Assembly (NCBI GenBank): GCA_027047735.1
Contig: JALTUD010000013.1
Coordinates: 1 to 26,865, forward strand
DNA: 26,865 bases
Reading direction: 5' to 3'
Origin: Flavobacteriales bacterium
GTDB taxonomy: Bacteria > Bacteroidota > Bacteroidia > Flavobacteriales_D > Parvicellaceae
The position numbers and the translations under genes were made by a program. Below, piece by piece: positions 1 to 9,633 of this stretch. Under the pieces are notes generated by a model. That model made no database searches. It was not told the DNA's origin and was given only the letters and a program-made list of their open reading frames with translations. The first letter of the stretch is position 1; every line of letters begins with the position of its first letter.

Positions 1-1704
1 GGAATAGCAATTAATGGAAATAATGAAATAATTAATACAGGAGATACAGATGCATCAGATGATTTTAGTGGTGATTATGCAGACTTAAATGGTGCACCTA
101 CTACGGTTAGTTCTTTTACGAATGATGCAGGATATATATCTTCAGAGGTGGATGCAGATACAACGAACGAGATTCAAACTTTATCTATTAGTGGAAATGT
201 AATCAGCATTTCTAATGGAAATAATATCACTCTACCTAACCAAACAGATGTAGATTTTCTAGAGGTTGGAACAGGTATGACTCCTAATAATATTCTAGAT
301 AATATTTACCATACAGGAAATATATCAATAGGTAAGATTACAACTCCTAATGCAAAGTTAGATATAGAAAATTCTGGTTCTGCTACTAGTTCTACTGCTA
401 ATACCGGGTTATTTATTACAAATAATAATACAAGTTCTACAGGTAAGGTTGGTGTTAAAACTTTAATTACGGGTACTTCAACAGGTGATAAATATTCTAT
501 TGTAAATACAATAGACGGAGGAGCTGACGGGAATATTTATGGTGTTGAAAATAATATTTCGAATACTAATAATTTTCCGCAATATGGTGTAGTCAATAGA
601 ATGTCAGGTTCAGGAAGCGGTAATCACTTTGCTACATCAAATATAATAACCGGTAGTGGTACAGGTAAACAATATGGGGTTAGAAATTATAATAGTAACT
701 CTGGAAATAATACGCAATATGGTGTTTATTCTGATATAAATGGTAGTGGTTCCGGAGTACATTATGGAAATTATACAACATTATCAGGAAGTGGTACAGG
801 TAAACAGGTAGGTACAAATAATGAGATTTCTAATACAGGAAATAATTATCAATATGGGACAATAAACATGTTAACCGGAACAGGTTCAGGTCAACATGTG
901 GGGATGTTCAGTTCTGTCAGTGGTTCCGGTACAGGGGTGCAATATGGAACTAGAGTGCTGGTAAATAATACAAGTGCTTCTTTACATTATGGAAATTATA
1001 CAGAAGTAAAAGATGGATCTGGATTACAATATGGTAATTATGTGAAAGTAAGAACAACCGGTAACTCTAGTGATAATTATGGTAATTACACCTATATTAA
1101 TGGAAGTGGCACAGGTAAGCAGTATTTAAATTATAATTTGATTAATACCAATACCGGGACAGGGACTAAATACGGTAACTATACCAAAATATTAAATAGT
1201 AAAGGAGAACAATACGGAACGTATAATTATATTTCTGGTACTACGAACTATAATAAATATGGAGTATATTCTGAAATAACGTCTGCATCGGGAGGGATTC
1301 ATTATGCAGTTTTTGGTAAAGCATTAAAGGCAGGAAGTTATGCCGGGTATTTTGATGGAGATGTTAAAGTTACGAAAGAATTACATGGGACTGAATCAGG
1401 TGACGCTGATATGAAGGCATATATTTATGGAGATATTAGTGGTACAAGTGGTACATTAGTTAGTTCTTGTAGTTCAGATGGTTATACACTTACAAAAGTA
1501 GGAACAGGACAGTATAAAATAACTTTCGATGTTCCCTTTAATTCTTTTTTTGAATATATAGTGGTGGTATCTTCACCAATGAATGGGACAGAATATGCTT
1601 ACTATGCATCTACTTTGCCTCAAAGTTTTAAGATAATAACTAAAAAACGTAGTAATGATAGTTATGAAGATAGTAGAGTAACATTCGTTGTATATAAAAA
1701 ATAA
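1..1704 (+). CDS. Gly/Ser/Asn/Thr-rich repeat protein (predicted beta-solenoid or fibre-like surface protein), 5'-truncated by the window edge
   Basis: Frame 1 is open from base 1 (GIAINGNNEII...VSSFTNDAGYISSEVDADTTNEIQTLSISGN), so the track's GTG at 148 is internal. It carries 15-aa repeats GSGTGKQYGxxNxxS and no T9SS CTD at the C-terminus. Confidence 0.75.
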   Translation, partial: GIAINGNNEIINTGDTDASDDFSGDYADLNGAPTTVSSFTNDAGYISSEVDADTTNEIQTLSISGNVISISNGNNITLPNQTDVDFLEVGTGMTPNNILDNIYHTGNISIGKITTPNAKLDIENSGSATSSTANTGLFITNNNTSSTGKVGVKTLITGTSTGDKYSIVNTIDGGADGNIYGVENNISNTNNFPQYGVVNRMSGSGSGNHFATSNIITGSGTGKQYGVRNYNSNSGNNTQYGVYSDINGSGSGVHYGNYTTLSGSGTGKQVGTNNEISNTGNNYQYGTINMLTGTGSGQHVGMFSSVSGSGTGVQYGTRVLVNNTSASLHYGNYTEVKDGSGLQYGNYVKVRTTGNSSDNYGNYTYINGSGTGKQYLNYNLINTNTGTGTKYGNYTKILNSKGEQYGTYNYISGTTNYNKYGVYSEITSASGGIHYAVFGKALKAGSYAGYFDGDVKVTKELHGTESGDADMKAYIYGDISGTSGTLVSSCSSDGYTLTKVGTGQYKITFDVPFNSFFEYIVVVSSPMNGTEYAYYASTLPQSFKIITKKRSNDSYEDSRVTFVVYKK

Positions 1705-1709
1705 GTACT

Positions 1710-2180
1710 ATGAAAAGAGCAAGTATATTAATCGCTTTGTTTATTGTTTATAGTGGTGTTTCGCAAACTACCCTTGTGAAAAGTTCTATAGATAATGGGG
1801 GAGCAACGGAAAAAGCAGGTACTACACAAATACTTTATACGATAGGGGAAAGTGTAGTTCAGGAACAGAGCAACGGAAATGGTCATTTATCCGAAGGATT
1901 TATTTCACCAAAACTGTTACGGAGCGTTGGTGTAAAAGAATTTTATCCACTAGAGGGAGTTTCTGTTTATCCCAATCCAACTATTGATTTTATAAATATA
2001 AGTTCAACAGAAGATGTTGTTATTCAAATTTATGATTACAAAGCTAAATTATTAATAACTAAATCGAGTCAAGGAAAAAATAGAACAACCATTGATTTGT
2101 CAAAGTATAGAAGAGGAATTTATATCGTTACTGTCAAAAATAAAGAAAAGGCGGAGGTGTTTAAAATCGTTAAAAATTAG
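1710..2180 (+). CDS. Small T9SS type-A CTD (sorting domain) protein
   Basis: Signal peptide MKRASILIALFIVYSGVSQ; short N-domain (ILYTIGE...LSEGF); CTD motifs VSVYPNPT...IYDYKAK...IDLSKYRRGIYIV...KIVKN. Confidence 0.85.
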   Translation: MKRASILIALFIVYSGVSQTTLVKSSIDNGGATEKAGTTQILYTIGESVVQEQSNGNGHLSEGFISPKLLRSVGVKEFYPLEGVSVYPNPTIDFINISSTEDVVIQIYDYKAKLLITKSSQGKNRTTIDLSKYRRGIYIVTVKNKEKAEVFKIVKN

Positions 2181-2335
2181 TAATTCTCGATGATTTGATT
2201 ACCCTATCAATCATAAAATACCGGTTTTAAAGTAATGAATGAAGTGAATATAGTCACTTTCTTAGGAGAGTATGTAAAGAGATGTATGTTAACTTTTGAT
2301 TTATTCTTAAAGCCGGTTCTTAAAACTCAATAATC

Positions 2336-3889
2336 ATGAAATACACACTACTATTAATAACATTTTTTGTAGCTTCAATTGTTGTGTATGCACAACCTAG
2401 TGATGCGTCTGTAAAAGCTTTGGTTAGAAAACAATTTCCTAATGCTAAGGCTATAAAACTAGGTGGTTCTCACCAAGAAAAAAAGTATGAATATGGAGCT
2501 TGGGTGTTTTACTATACTCGAACTTTTAATGTAACGATACCAACCGAGTACCCGGGAATAACGATAGCTCATGATGGTGGAGCTGTTTTTACGAAAAGTG
2601 GAGGAAATTATAGCTTTCAAACGTATTCTGTTGGAGAAACTAAATTTTTAGGTGTACCTAAACCCGATTCAAAAGAAATTATTGCGTTTTTATCGGAAGA
2701 TAAGGAAAAGTTTTTAGGGAACTATCATTACAATAATATAGTGGGGGAAGTTTCTGAAATAACCATTCCTAATGATGTTAGGTATAATTGGCCAAATCTA
2801 CAAACAGTAGAACTGATAGTAAATGTTACTTATGCCGAAAAAATTTCTAATACAGAATTGCAAACAGCCAAACACACTTATGAAGTTGTACTTTATTCAG
2901 ATGGTTATAAAAAACCGTGGAACAAATTTGTTTCATTTGAGCAAAACAATATGCAACAAATTATTTCTACAAAAGAATACTCTCCTTATGAATTGGATAA
3001 AATGAAAACGTTGGCTGAAATTGACGAAATAAAGCAAGCAAAGAAAGCTCTTGGAGATTTGCCTAAAATTGAGGATGTACCAATATTTGAATCGGAGAAA
3101 CAACTGTTTTATTTTATTCATAATATAGCGATGACAAAAGATGCTAACACATTGAAATCGTATTTATATAAAACAATTGCTTCTTCAAATAAAGAAAGCG
3201 AGTACATCTTAAAACAATATGCTGATACTTGGGTTAAGTCGGTTGTAGATAATTTAGAGGTTTATAAAAAAACATATTGTAAATACCCAATTATAAAAGA
3301 AGAACAATATGGTCAGGTAGTTTTTTATGATAAGGAAAGAAGAAGAACATTGACCTATGTAGGAGAGAAAGAAGGAGATACATGGAAACTTAATTTTATT
3401 CGTTATTATCCTGCGAAAGAAGAGGATGTAGAAAGGTTGGAGTCAAATGCAGGACAATGTGGAGAGAAACCAAATTTAGAGGTAAGAAAGGAAAAAAAAT
3501 ACGATATAGGAGATGTTGTAAATGTAACTTTTTCAAACGGTGTATATCTAGGTGAAATTAACAGAAAAGACCCTAATTTTAGTAATCGTTATTATGTTAA
3601 ATTACTAGATGATGGTAGGGGATATTGGATGACAGAAGATAATTTATCGCCAGGAGAAAGGAAAACAGAAACAAAGAAAATAGGTAGCGTGTCAAACAAC
3701 AGTAAAACGTTATCAGAAAAAGCAAAATCAACAGAGTTTAAATCGGGTGATGCGGTAGAAATAGAAACTGCTAGTGGAAAAATGAAGGGAAAAGTAATTC
3801 GAAAAGTGGGTAATCGCTATCTTGTGAAATTTGATAATACTAGGTATCGAGATATGTGGGTGATGAAAGAACATTTATTAAAGCTATAG
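2336..3889 (+). CDS. Secreted hypothetical protein with two C-terminal SH3/Tudor/KOW-like small beta-barrels
   Basis: 517-aa ORF with signal peptide (MKYTLLLITFFVASIVVYAQ). Two related modules: YDIGDVVNV...GEI...RYYVKL...W..EDNL and FKSGDAVEI...GKV...RYLVKF...W..KEHL. Confidence 0.7.
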   Translation: MKYTLLLITFFVASIVVYAQPSDASVKALVRKQFPNAKAIKLGGSHQEKKYEYGAWVFYYTRTFNVTIPTEYPGITIAHDGGAVFTKSGGNYSFQTYSVGETKFLGVPKPDSKEIIAFLSEDKEKFLGNYHYNNIVGEVSEITIPNDVRYNWPNLQTVELIVNVTYAEKISNTELQTAKHTYEVVLYSDGYKKPWNKFVSFEQNNMQQIISTKEYSPYELDKMKTLAEIDEIKQAKKALGDLPKIEDVPIFESEKQLFYFIHNIAMTKDANTLKSYLYKTIASSNKESEYILKQYADTWVKSVVDNLEVYKKTYCKYPIIKEEQYGQVVFYDKERRRTLTYVGEKEGDTWKLNFIRYYPAKEEDVERLESNAGQCGEKPNLEVRKEKKYDIGDVVNVTFSNGVYLGEINRKDPNFSNRYYVKLLDDGRGYWMTEDNLSPGERKTETKKIGSVSNNSKTLSEKAKSTEFKSGDAVEIETASGKMKGKVIRKVGNRYLVKFDNTRYRDMWVMKEHLLKL

Positions 3890-3921
3890 TAAATGATCTT
3901 ATTCAAGTTAGTAAATCAAAG

Positions 3922-3960
3922 AAAAAAGGAGAGCAGTATTTGTTCTCCTTTTTTGTTTTT
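3922..3960 (+). terminator. Rho-independent terminator
   Basis: AAAAAAGGAGAGCA-gtatt-TGTTCTCCTTTTTT stem followed by a T tract, about 30 bp after the 2336..3889 stop. Confidence 0.75.
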
Positions 3961-4439
3961 CCTATCGTCTCTAAAGAAACTAAAATTCATTTTCTTAGCA
4001 CTTTTTTTACAAACGTTAGGGATTATTAAGCGACTGTGAAAAAACAGTTGAGTTTTTGAGCTAACGTAAAAATTTCGACTATTTTGTAATTGATTGATTA
4101 TCAATATTCTATTTTTAAGTTAGTTGGAGTATCCCTGACATGAATAAAATAGAAATCATAAAGCGTTTTTATTTTCCTTATCCTTCTTCAAAATTCTTTT
4201 CCATAGCTGGAGCTATGCAAAAGAATTTTTCATCGTCTAAGAAAACTAAAATTCACTTTCTTTCTTCCAATTTTATCCACGTTAGGGATAGAACGGCGTG
4301 TTTGAACTCCTTTTGTGTTGTTGCGTATATGCAACACAAAAGAGTGAGTAGTGATAGCCCGACCATTACGGCGTTAAAAAGTAGTGTAGTGGGGGTAGTG
4401 CGAACGAAACTGCTTTTTTATGTCGTAATGGAAACGCCC
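3957..4439 (-). repeat. Composite structured repeat, copy A (core 4279-4439; 161-bp hairpin 4130-4290; ~105-bp insert 4025-4129; half-arm ~3957-4024)
   Basis: Direct alignment by eye to copies B, C and D, e.g. shared GTTAGGGATAGAACGGCGTGTTTGAACTCC and GAGTGAGTAGTGATAGCCCGACCATTACGGC. Confidence 0.92.
4279..4439 (-). ncRNA. Flavo-1-like structured motif (core of copy A)
   Basis: GGGCG...hairpin...GGTCGGGCTATC...CTTTT-hairpin-AAAAG...CTATCCCTAACG. Matches my recollection of the Flavobacterial Flavo-1 motif; covariance model not run. Confidence 0.45.
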
Positions 4440-4450
4440 AAATTACATAT

Positions 4451-5710
4451 TTATAAAAACCAAGCTTCTCTTACTTTACTGAAAAACGATTCCCACGTCC
4501 AGTAATCGCCATCCCACGGAGGAAAGTAGATAAACGTAAGCCGAAGATTCATATAGATAAATAAGACAATAACCACTTTACTAAAAGTAATGATGTGTTT
4601 GTTTTGTACAGAAAAGAGAAGATTTAAAGTATAGGCAAGAGGCAAGGATAAAAAACTGTAATATTCGATAAAGGCTCGATGACCAAAGGCACTTCCAAAC
4701 CACCAACACCACCACGACGCAAAAACATAATAAGCCAACAATAAAATAACGGATATTTTTAGTGCTTCTTTGTTACCTTTTTTAAGCTGTAATATGATAC
4801 CAACCAAACTTAAAGTAAGTAGAGGGGAGTAGATTAACCAACCGTTCTGATGGCTGAAAAGGACCTTTATCAGTTTCGGATGCGACCAATTAAAACTTTC
4901 GCCCATAGCTCCGTATGAAAACATTAAATAATTGCCCGATACCTCGTGCCAATAGCTAATTTGTAATATCAAAAACAAGCCAAGAATCATAAGTCCGCCA
5001 AAGACATAAACATAATTTTTTTTGATATTTTCCCCTACTGTTTTCCATTCTTCTCTTGAGGTAGGGATAAGAAAAAGAAGACCAAAAGCATTGTAAGGCT
5101 TAATAACCAAAATCAATCCGGAAATCAATCCGATAAGTAGTGTGTATTTACGGAAATTGCTAGGTCTGACCTGCGTATAAGCATAAATTAAAAGAGCAAA
5201 AACAAAGAAATTATACACATGCGACATTCCGTCCTCAAAAACAGAGTAATAAAATAAATTTGTACCGATATAAATAATTGAAATAGTCCAAAAAGCAATG
5301 TTTTTATCGGGAAATCTTCGTTTTATTTCATTATACAAAATCACCAAAGCAACGGAAAGGTAAAAAGACGATGCTCCTAAAACGGCCACCGCATACGGTA
5401 GTGTGTAACCATCGGTTGCATAACCCAATAACCACGCAAAAAGATGAGCAACAAGAAAAAACGGAGCAATCAAAACAGCAATTCCAAAACTAAAAACACT
5501 CAATGGATTACCATTTTCCAACGTATGCACATATCTGCTTGGAGTAAACGAACCATCTACAAAAAAAGTAGGCAACCATTGGTAGTATCCCAAAGAATCG
5601 GTATTGTGATTCAGAGCAAGAACAAAATTTTCTTGATGAATGATTAATCCTAAAATAAGGTTAAACATGAAGAACACAAGAAACAAATAATTACTTTTTA
5701 TTTTAAACAT
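4451..5710 (-). CDS. Multi-pass membrane protein, GT-C-superfamily glycosyltransferase-like
   Basis: 419 aa with many hydrophobic segments. DSLGYYQWLP luminal motif after the first TM, then YYSVFEDGMSHVYNFF, LFSHQNGWLIYSPL and WWCWWFGSAFGHRAFIE, a pattern typical of Bacteroidota polyprenyl-sugar-dependent transferases. Confidence 0.65.
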   Translation of the reverse strand: MFKIKSNYLFLVFFMFNLILGLIIHQENFVLALNHNTDSLGYYQWLPTFFVDGSFTPSRYVHTLENGNPLSVFSFGIAVLIAPFFLVAHLFAWLLGYATDGYTLPYAVAVLGASSFYLSVALVILYNEIKRRFPDKNIAFWTISIIYIGTNLFYYSVFEDGMSHVYNFFVFALLIYAYTQVRPSNFRKYTLLIGLISGLILVIKPYNAFGLLFLIPTSREEWKTVGENIKKNYVYVFGGLMILGLFLILQISYWHEVSGNYLMFSYGAMGESFNWSHPKLIKVLFSHQNGWLIYSPLLTLSLVGIILQLKKGNKEALKISVILLLAYYVFASWWCWWFGSAFGHRAFIEYYSFLSLPLAYTLNLLFSVQNKHIITFSKVVIVLFIYMNLRLTFIYFPPWDGDYWTWESFFSKVREAWFL

Positions 5711-5817
5711 AGCATTAGTATAAAACTTTAAACCCTCAAACTTATCTATCGCATATTATCGATAATGCACATTTTGACTTTTCATAACGAAATCTTTTGC
5801 AGGTTTAAGCCTAAAAA

Positions 5818-5825
5818 CAAAGATA
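5818..5825 (-). promoter_or_regulatory. Candidate Bacteroidota sigma-70 -7 element for the GT-C-like gene
   Basis: Reverse complement TATCTTTG fits TAnnTTTG, about 110 bp upstream of the start. No clear -33 TTTG. Confidence 0.4.
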
Positions 5826-5867
5826 AAAGAAAATAGTTGTTAACTAACTTTTTAAAGATATTGCTTA

Positions 5868-6007
5868 GGGCGTTCCCATTACGGCATAAAAAAGCAATTC
5901 CGTTTTACTACACTACTTTTCAACGCCGTAAAGGTCGGGCTATCCACTATATCTTTTGCCCTCCAAAAGGAGGGAGGGCAAAAGGATGCCGTTCCTATCC
6001 CTAACGC
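5868..6007 (+). ncRNA. Flavo-1-like structured motif (core of copy B)
   Basis: Closest to the recalled consensus: GGTCGGGCTATCCACTATATCTTTT...AAAAGGATGCCGTTCCTATCCCTAACGC. Not model-verified. Confidence 0.5.
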
Positions 6008-6096
6008 GAGTCTGTCTAAAAACCTAATTTACAATAAAATTACACGTTGATTATCAGTGTTTAAGAGTTATGTTTCTTTGTTTTTTAGACTGTCTG
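6008..6096. mobile_element. Possible MITE-like insert with imperfect 15-bp terminal inverted repeats
   Basis: Left end GAGTCTGTCTAAAAA vs reverse complement of right end CAGACAGTCTAAAAA (12/15). It interrupts the repeat where copy D is contiguous. Confidence 0.4.
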
Positions 6097-6485
6097 AAGC
6101 AGGTCAGTGCAAAGAAAACGGATTTTTTCTTTAGACGATGAAAAATTCCTTTGTATATACTCATAATAATAAATTTATGAATCTTTCTTTTTTCCAAATA
6201 GTTCATTGCATTGAGCAAATCCCTAGCTAAGGAAATAAAAAATAAATAAGAATACTAAAAACATTTTATATCGTTTTTTTAGAAGATAAAACATATTAAT
6301 TATCAATGAAGTATTTAGATGTAATTAAAATTGTGCTAGACTAACACAAATACACATTTTGTCTATTCATAGCGAAAATGTTTACGGATTCAATGTAATA
6401 ACAGATTGGAAAAGCATATAACTACTCAAAAATAAAGACAAATGGATAAAAAAATATACTTTTACTTTTTTGTAAAATTGATATT

Positions 6486-8660
6486 GTGAGAGATGTAAAA
6501 ATTAACCTACTGTTACTTGTTTTATTCCTTGTCCTAATGAATATATGTAAGGGGTATGCAAATAATATTGATAGTTTACAACTACAACTAACAAAACAAT
6601 ACGATAGAAGCAAACTATATAATGAGTTAGCGGAAGAATATAAATCAAACTCTCAGCTGGACAGCTTGAAACTTTATGCGGATAGTGCAAGGATTGAAGC
6701 AATAGCAAAAGGCAACCAACTAGAGGAGGGAAATGCATATATAAATATAGGAGATTATCATTATTATGTTAGTCAATACGATTCTTCTATCTATCATTAT
6801 AATAAAGCGGTTTCATTATTCCAAGCTATAAATCAAAGTGAAGAAATAGCCAGTGCATATTCAAATATTGGTGCAATTTATTATACGATAAGTGATTTTG
6901 ATAAAGCTATTTACTTTTTTAGAAAAGCTGCAGAATATCAAAAGATTAATAATGATTTACAGGAGTTAGCAATTATTTACAATAATATTGCAACGGTGTA
7001 TTATCAAATAAGTGATTATGCTAATTCCATAGAATATTTCACTAAATCACTAGATTTAAAAATTGATAATAATAGCATAGCCAAAGGACTTAATAATATT
7101 GCCAGTGTTTATGAAAAAATAGGAAGCTACGATAAGGCAATTGATTACTATTACAAATCAATTCGTTATAGTGACCAATCTAATGACGAGCCTCTAAAAG
7201 CGACTACGCTTAATAATATAGCAGGTGCGTATAAAGATTGGGGGCAATATAAAAAAGCATTAGAATTGTATAATGAAGCATTACACATAAAAACAAAATT
7301 AAAAGATTTAGATGGTAAAGCTAATCTGCTAAATAATATTGGCTTAGTATATAAATTAAAGCGAGATAATTCGAAAGCGATAATGTATTTTAACGAAGCT
7401 AAAACTATTTTTGAGCAAGTAGGAAATCTTAAAAGGTTAGCAATTACATTTAGTAATATTGGAGCAATAAAAGAACAAGATAAAGAATACAACAGAGCAC
7501 TAAATGATTATACCAAATCATTAGAAATAAGTAAACAAATAAAGTCCCCTTATAATTCTGCATTGGGGTATTTAAATGTTAGTAGGATATATTTAAAAAT
7601 GAATAATCTACAGAAAGCCGAACTATTCCTAAATAAATGTATTATTGAAAGTAGAGAACATGAATTGAACTCTATTGAAATAGATGTTTTTAAAATGTTA
7701 TCAGAATTATACCAAGCTAAAAAAGAGTATAAAAAAGCATTGGACTATTACAAGCAGTATGAAATTATAAAAGATTCTATTTTTACAATAGAAAAACATA
7801 AGCAATTAAACAAACTGAATACCCAATACGAAACGGATAAAAAAAATAAAGCAATAGAATTCTTAAATATTCAAACAAAACAACAAGAACTTGAAATTAA
7901 AGCCAAACAGCAAGAAAGAAATCTTTGGTTGGGAATTAGTATATTAGCCTTTTTTATTGGGGTTATTTCACTATATTTTTACATTAATAAGAAAAAACTA
8001 TCCGATAAACTCAAAAAGAAGAATGATTTCATAGAGAAAATGTTGAACGAAAAAGATATCCTGTTGAGAGAAATTCATCACAGGGTAAAAAATAATTTAC
8101 AAATTATTTCCTCCTTATTAAATATGCAATCAAAATATTTAAGTGATGAAAAAACAAAAGCCATTGTTACAGATAGTCAAAATCGTATTAAATCAATGTC
8201 TTTGATTCATCAAAAATTATATCAGGAAGAAAATTTAACGGGTATAGATACTAATTTGTATTTTACAGAATTGATTGATAGTTTAAGTTTATCTTATGGA
8301 CTAGATAAAAAAGCTTTATCTTTTGTCATTGAGATAGAACCTCTTTTTTTAGATGTAGATACTTTGATCCCTCTGGGGTTAATAGTGAATGAGGTGATTA
8401 CCAATGCTTTTAAATACGGAGTTGATAAAAATAATGGAGCTTTTACTTTTATTTTTAGAAAAGTAAATGAAGAATTAGATTTGTTCGTAAAAGACAACGG
8501 ACAAGGTATTCACAAAGATTTTGAACCTAAAAAATCAAAGTCATATGGAATGAAGTTAATACATTCATTAGGTAAAAAATTAAAGGCAGATATTCATTTT
8601 AAGAATAATCAAGGACTTGAAATATCAATGATTATTCATAAATTTAAAATAGCATCATGA
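6486..8660 (+). CDS. TPR-containing membrane sensor histidine kinase (HisKA_2 type)
   Basis: N-terminal hydrophobic segment; about 8-9 TPR-like repeats (AxxYxNIGxxY); [23 protein letters not shown]; H-box [11 protein letters not shown]; N-box [10 protein letters not shown]; DNGQG and YGMKLI ATPase motifs. Confidence 0.92.
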   Translation: MRDVKINLLLLVLFLVLMNICKGYANNIDSLQLQLTKQYDRSKLYNELAEEYKSNSQLDSLKLYADSARIEAIAKGNQLEEGNAYINIGDYHYYVSQYDSSIYHYNKAVSLFQAINQSEEIASAYSNIGAIYYTISDFDKAIYFFRKAAEYQKINNDLQELAIIYNNIATVYYQISDYANSIEYFTKSLDLKIDNNSIAKGLNNIASVYEKIGSYDKAIDYYYKSIRYSDQSNDEPLKATTLNNIAGAYKDWGQYKKALELYNEALHIKTKLKDLDGKANLLNNIGLVYKLKRDNSKAIMYFNEAKTIFEQVGNLKRLAITFSNIGAIKEQDKEYNRALNDYTKSLEISKQIKSPYNSALGYLNVSRIYLKMNNLQKAELFLNKCIIESREHELNSIEIDVFKMLSELYQAKKEYKKALDYYKQYEIIKDSIFTIEKHKQLNKLNTQYETDKKNKAIEFLNIQTKQQELEIKAKQQERNLWLGISILAFFIGVISLYFYINKKKLSDKLKKKNDFIEKMLNEKDILLREIHHRVKNNLQIISSLLNMQSKYLSDEKTKAIVTDSQNRIKSMSLIHQKLYQEENLTGIDTNLYFTELIDSLSLSYGLDKKALSFVIEIEPLFLDVDTLIPLGLIVNEVITNAFKYGVDKNNGAFTFIFRKVNEELDLFVKDNGQGIHKDFEPKKSKSYGMKLIHSLGKKLKADIHFKNNQGLEISMIIHKFKIAS

Positions 8661-9373
8661 AAAAAAGTAAAGTTAAAATATTAATTATTGAAGACGAGCC
8701 GATTATAGCTTCTGATATAGAGATGACTTTAGAAGATTTGGGTTATGATGTATTAGGAGTAGAAGATAATGCTTTTGATGCTTTATTATTTTTAGAAGAA
8801 AATATAGTGGATTTAGTTCTGTTAGATATAAACATAGAAGGAGATATAGATGGCGTAATGTTGGCAGAGGATATTAAAAAAAAATATCAAATTCCTTTTG
8901 TTTTTCTCACTTCAAACACTGATAAGCTGACTATTAACCGTGTTAAAAGAACTTCACCTTCAGGTTTTATTGTGAAACCGTTTACTGAGCATGATTTATC
9001 TTCAAATATTGAGATTGCTTTGTTTAAGAATAAGGAAAGGAGTCCACAAAAAAGAGAAATAATTAAAAATTTCTACATAAAAGAAAGAGGGGGATTAGTG
9101 AAGGTTAGTGTAAATGATATAAAGTTTATAAAAGCGGATGATAATTATTCAAAAATATTTACAATAGAAAAAAATCATTTTATTAGCTCTACACTTAAAA
9201 AAGTTGAAGAACGGCTGGATGCGTTAAGTTTTATTCGAATTCATCGTTCCTATATTGTGAATTTACATTTCATTGATAGGATAAAAGATGGTTATATTTT
9301 TATAGAAAACAATCAACTTCCGATAGGAAGAAGCTATTATGATAATTTGTTTAAAAGGATAGAAAAGTTATAA
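8657..9373 (+). CDS. LytTR-family response regulator (REC + LytTR)
   Basis: ATGA overlap with the kinase. [21 protein letters not shown] and VKPF receiver motifs; [11 protein letters not shown]...LPIGRSY LytTR domain. Confidence 0.95.
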   Translation: MKKSKVKILIIEDEPIIASDIEMTLEDLGYDVLGVEDNAFDALLFLEENIVDLVLLDINIEGDIDGVMLAEDIKKKYQIPFVFLTSNTDKLTINRVKRTSPSGFIVKPFTEHDLSSNIEIALFKNKERSPQKREIIKNFYIKERGGLVKVSVNDIKFIKADDNYSKIFTIEKNHFISSTLKKVEERLDALSFIRIHRSYIVNLHFIDRIKDGYIFIENNQLPIGRSYYDNLFKRIEKL

Positions 9374-9480
9374 GTTTGCTAGTATAATTTTTGCTTGATA
9401 TTTCCCAAATAATTACTGTAATTCTAATGTCTCAGATCTGATTTTGTAAATCAGATTCCTTGTTTTCAAATAAAAGGAAG

Positions 9481-9510
9481 TTGTTTTTTTCATATAAAGT
9501 TGTATCTTTA
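9481..9510 (+). promoter_or_regulatory. Candidate Bacteroidota promoter for the stand-alone PorP gene
   Basis: TTG-N19-TATCTTTA, one mismatch to TAnnTTTG. Confidence 0.4.
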
Positions 9511-9633
9511 TTCTCGTGGCAACTATTACGTAAAGAAAACGTTGTACTATTTGAACATTGTAAAGAGACGAAAAAAACTTTATAAAGTTCGTTTCAATAT
9601 TTAAGTGGTATATCCATAAAAGCGGTTATAATT

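Larger units (their letters stand above)
5868..6157 (+). repeat. Composite structured repeat, copy B (core 5868-6007; 89-bp insert 6008-6096; partial arm to ~6157)
   Basis: GGGCGTTCCCATTACGGCATAAAAAAGC...GGTCGGGCTATC...CTATCCCTAACGC, then AGTGCAAAGAAAACGGA...TTAGACGATGAAAAATTC as in copy D. Confidence 0.9.

Noticed and set aside
2190-2214. Weak hairpin ATGATTTGAT-taccct-ATCAATCAT after the small CTD gene
   Set aside because: The stem is AT-only with a bulge and has no U-tract, so it is too weak to call a terminator.
3575-3602. dif-like 28-mer AATTTTAGTAA-TCGTTA-TTATGTTAAAT with a perfect XerD arm
   Set aside because: It lies inside a CDS, the XerC arm is poor, such an AT-rich 11-mer is plausible by chance, and the skew does not switch here.
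4140-4154. ATGAATAAAATAGAA in copy A's arm is identical to the first 15 nt of mce (24816), hinting at spacer-like capture
   Set aside because: The segment is homologous to the same arm in copies C and D and pairs with the opposite arm. It is AT-rich, and the other arms show no such matches.
4140-4505. Homologous ORFs 4140..4505, 13089..13475 and 24508..24768(-) sharing FYFPYPSSK.FSIAGAMQ...HVRDRTACLNSF, with an ATG/GTG at the same position
   Set aside because: They lie wholly in the repeat, with different starts and ends. Several amino-acid changes (F>N, KN>RF) are exactly the compensatory stem changes, and some synonymous ones sit in the hairpin loop, so structure explains the conservation. 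A small peptide is not excluded; Ribo-seq or dN/dS over many copies would decide.
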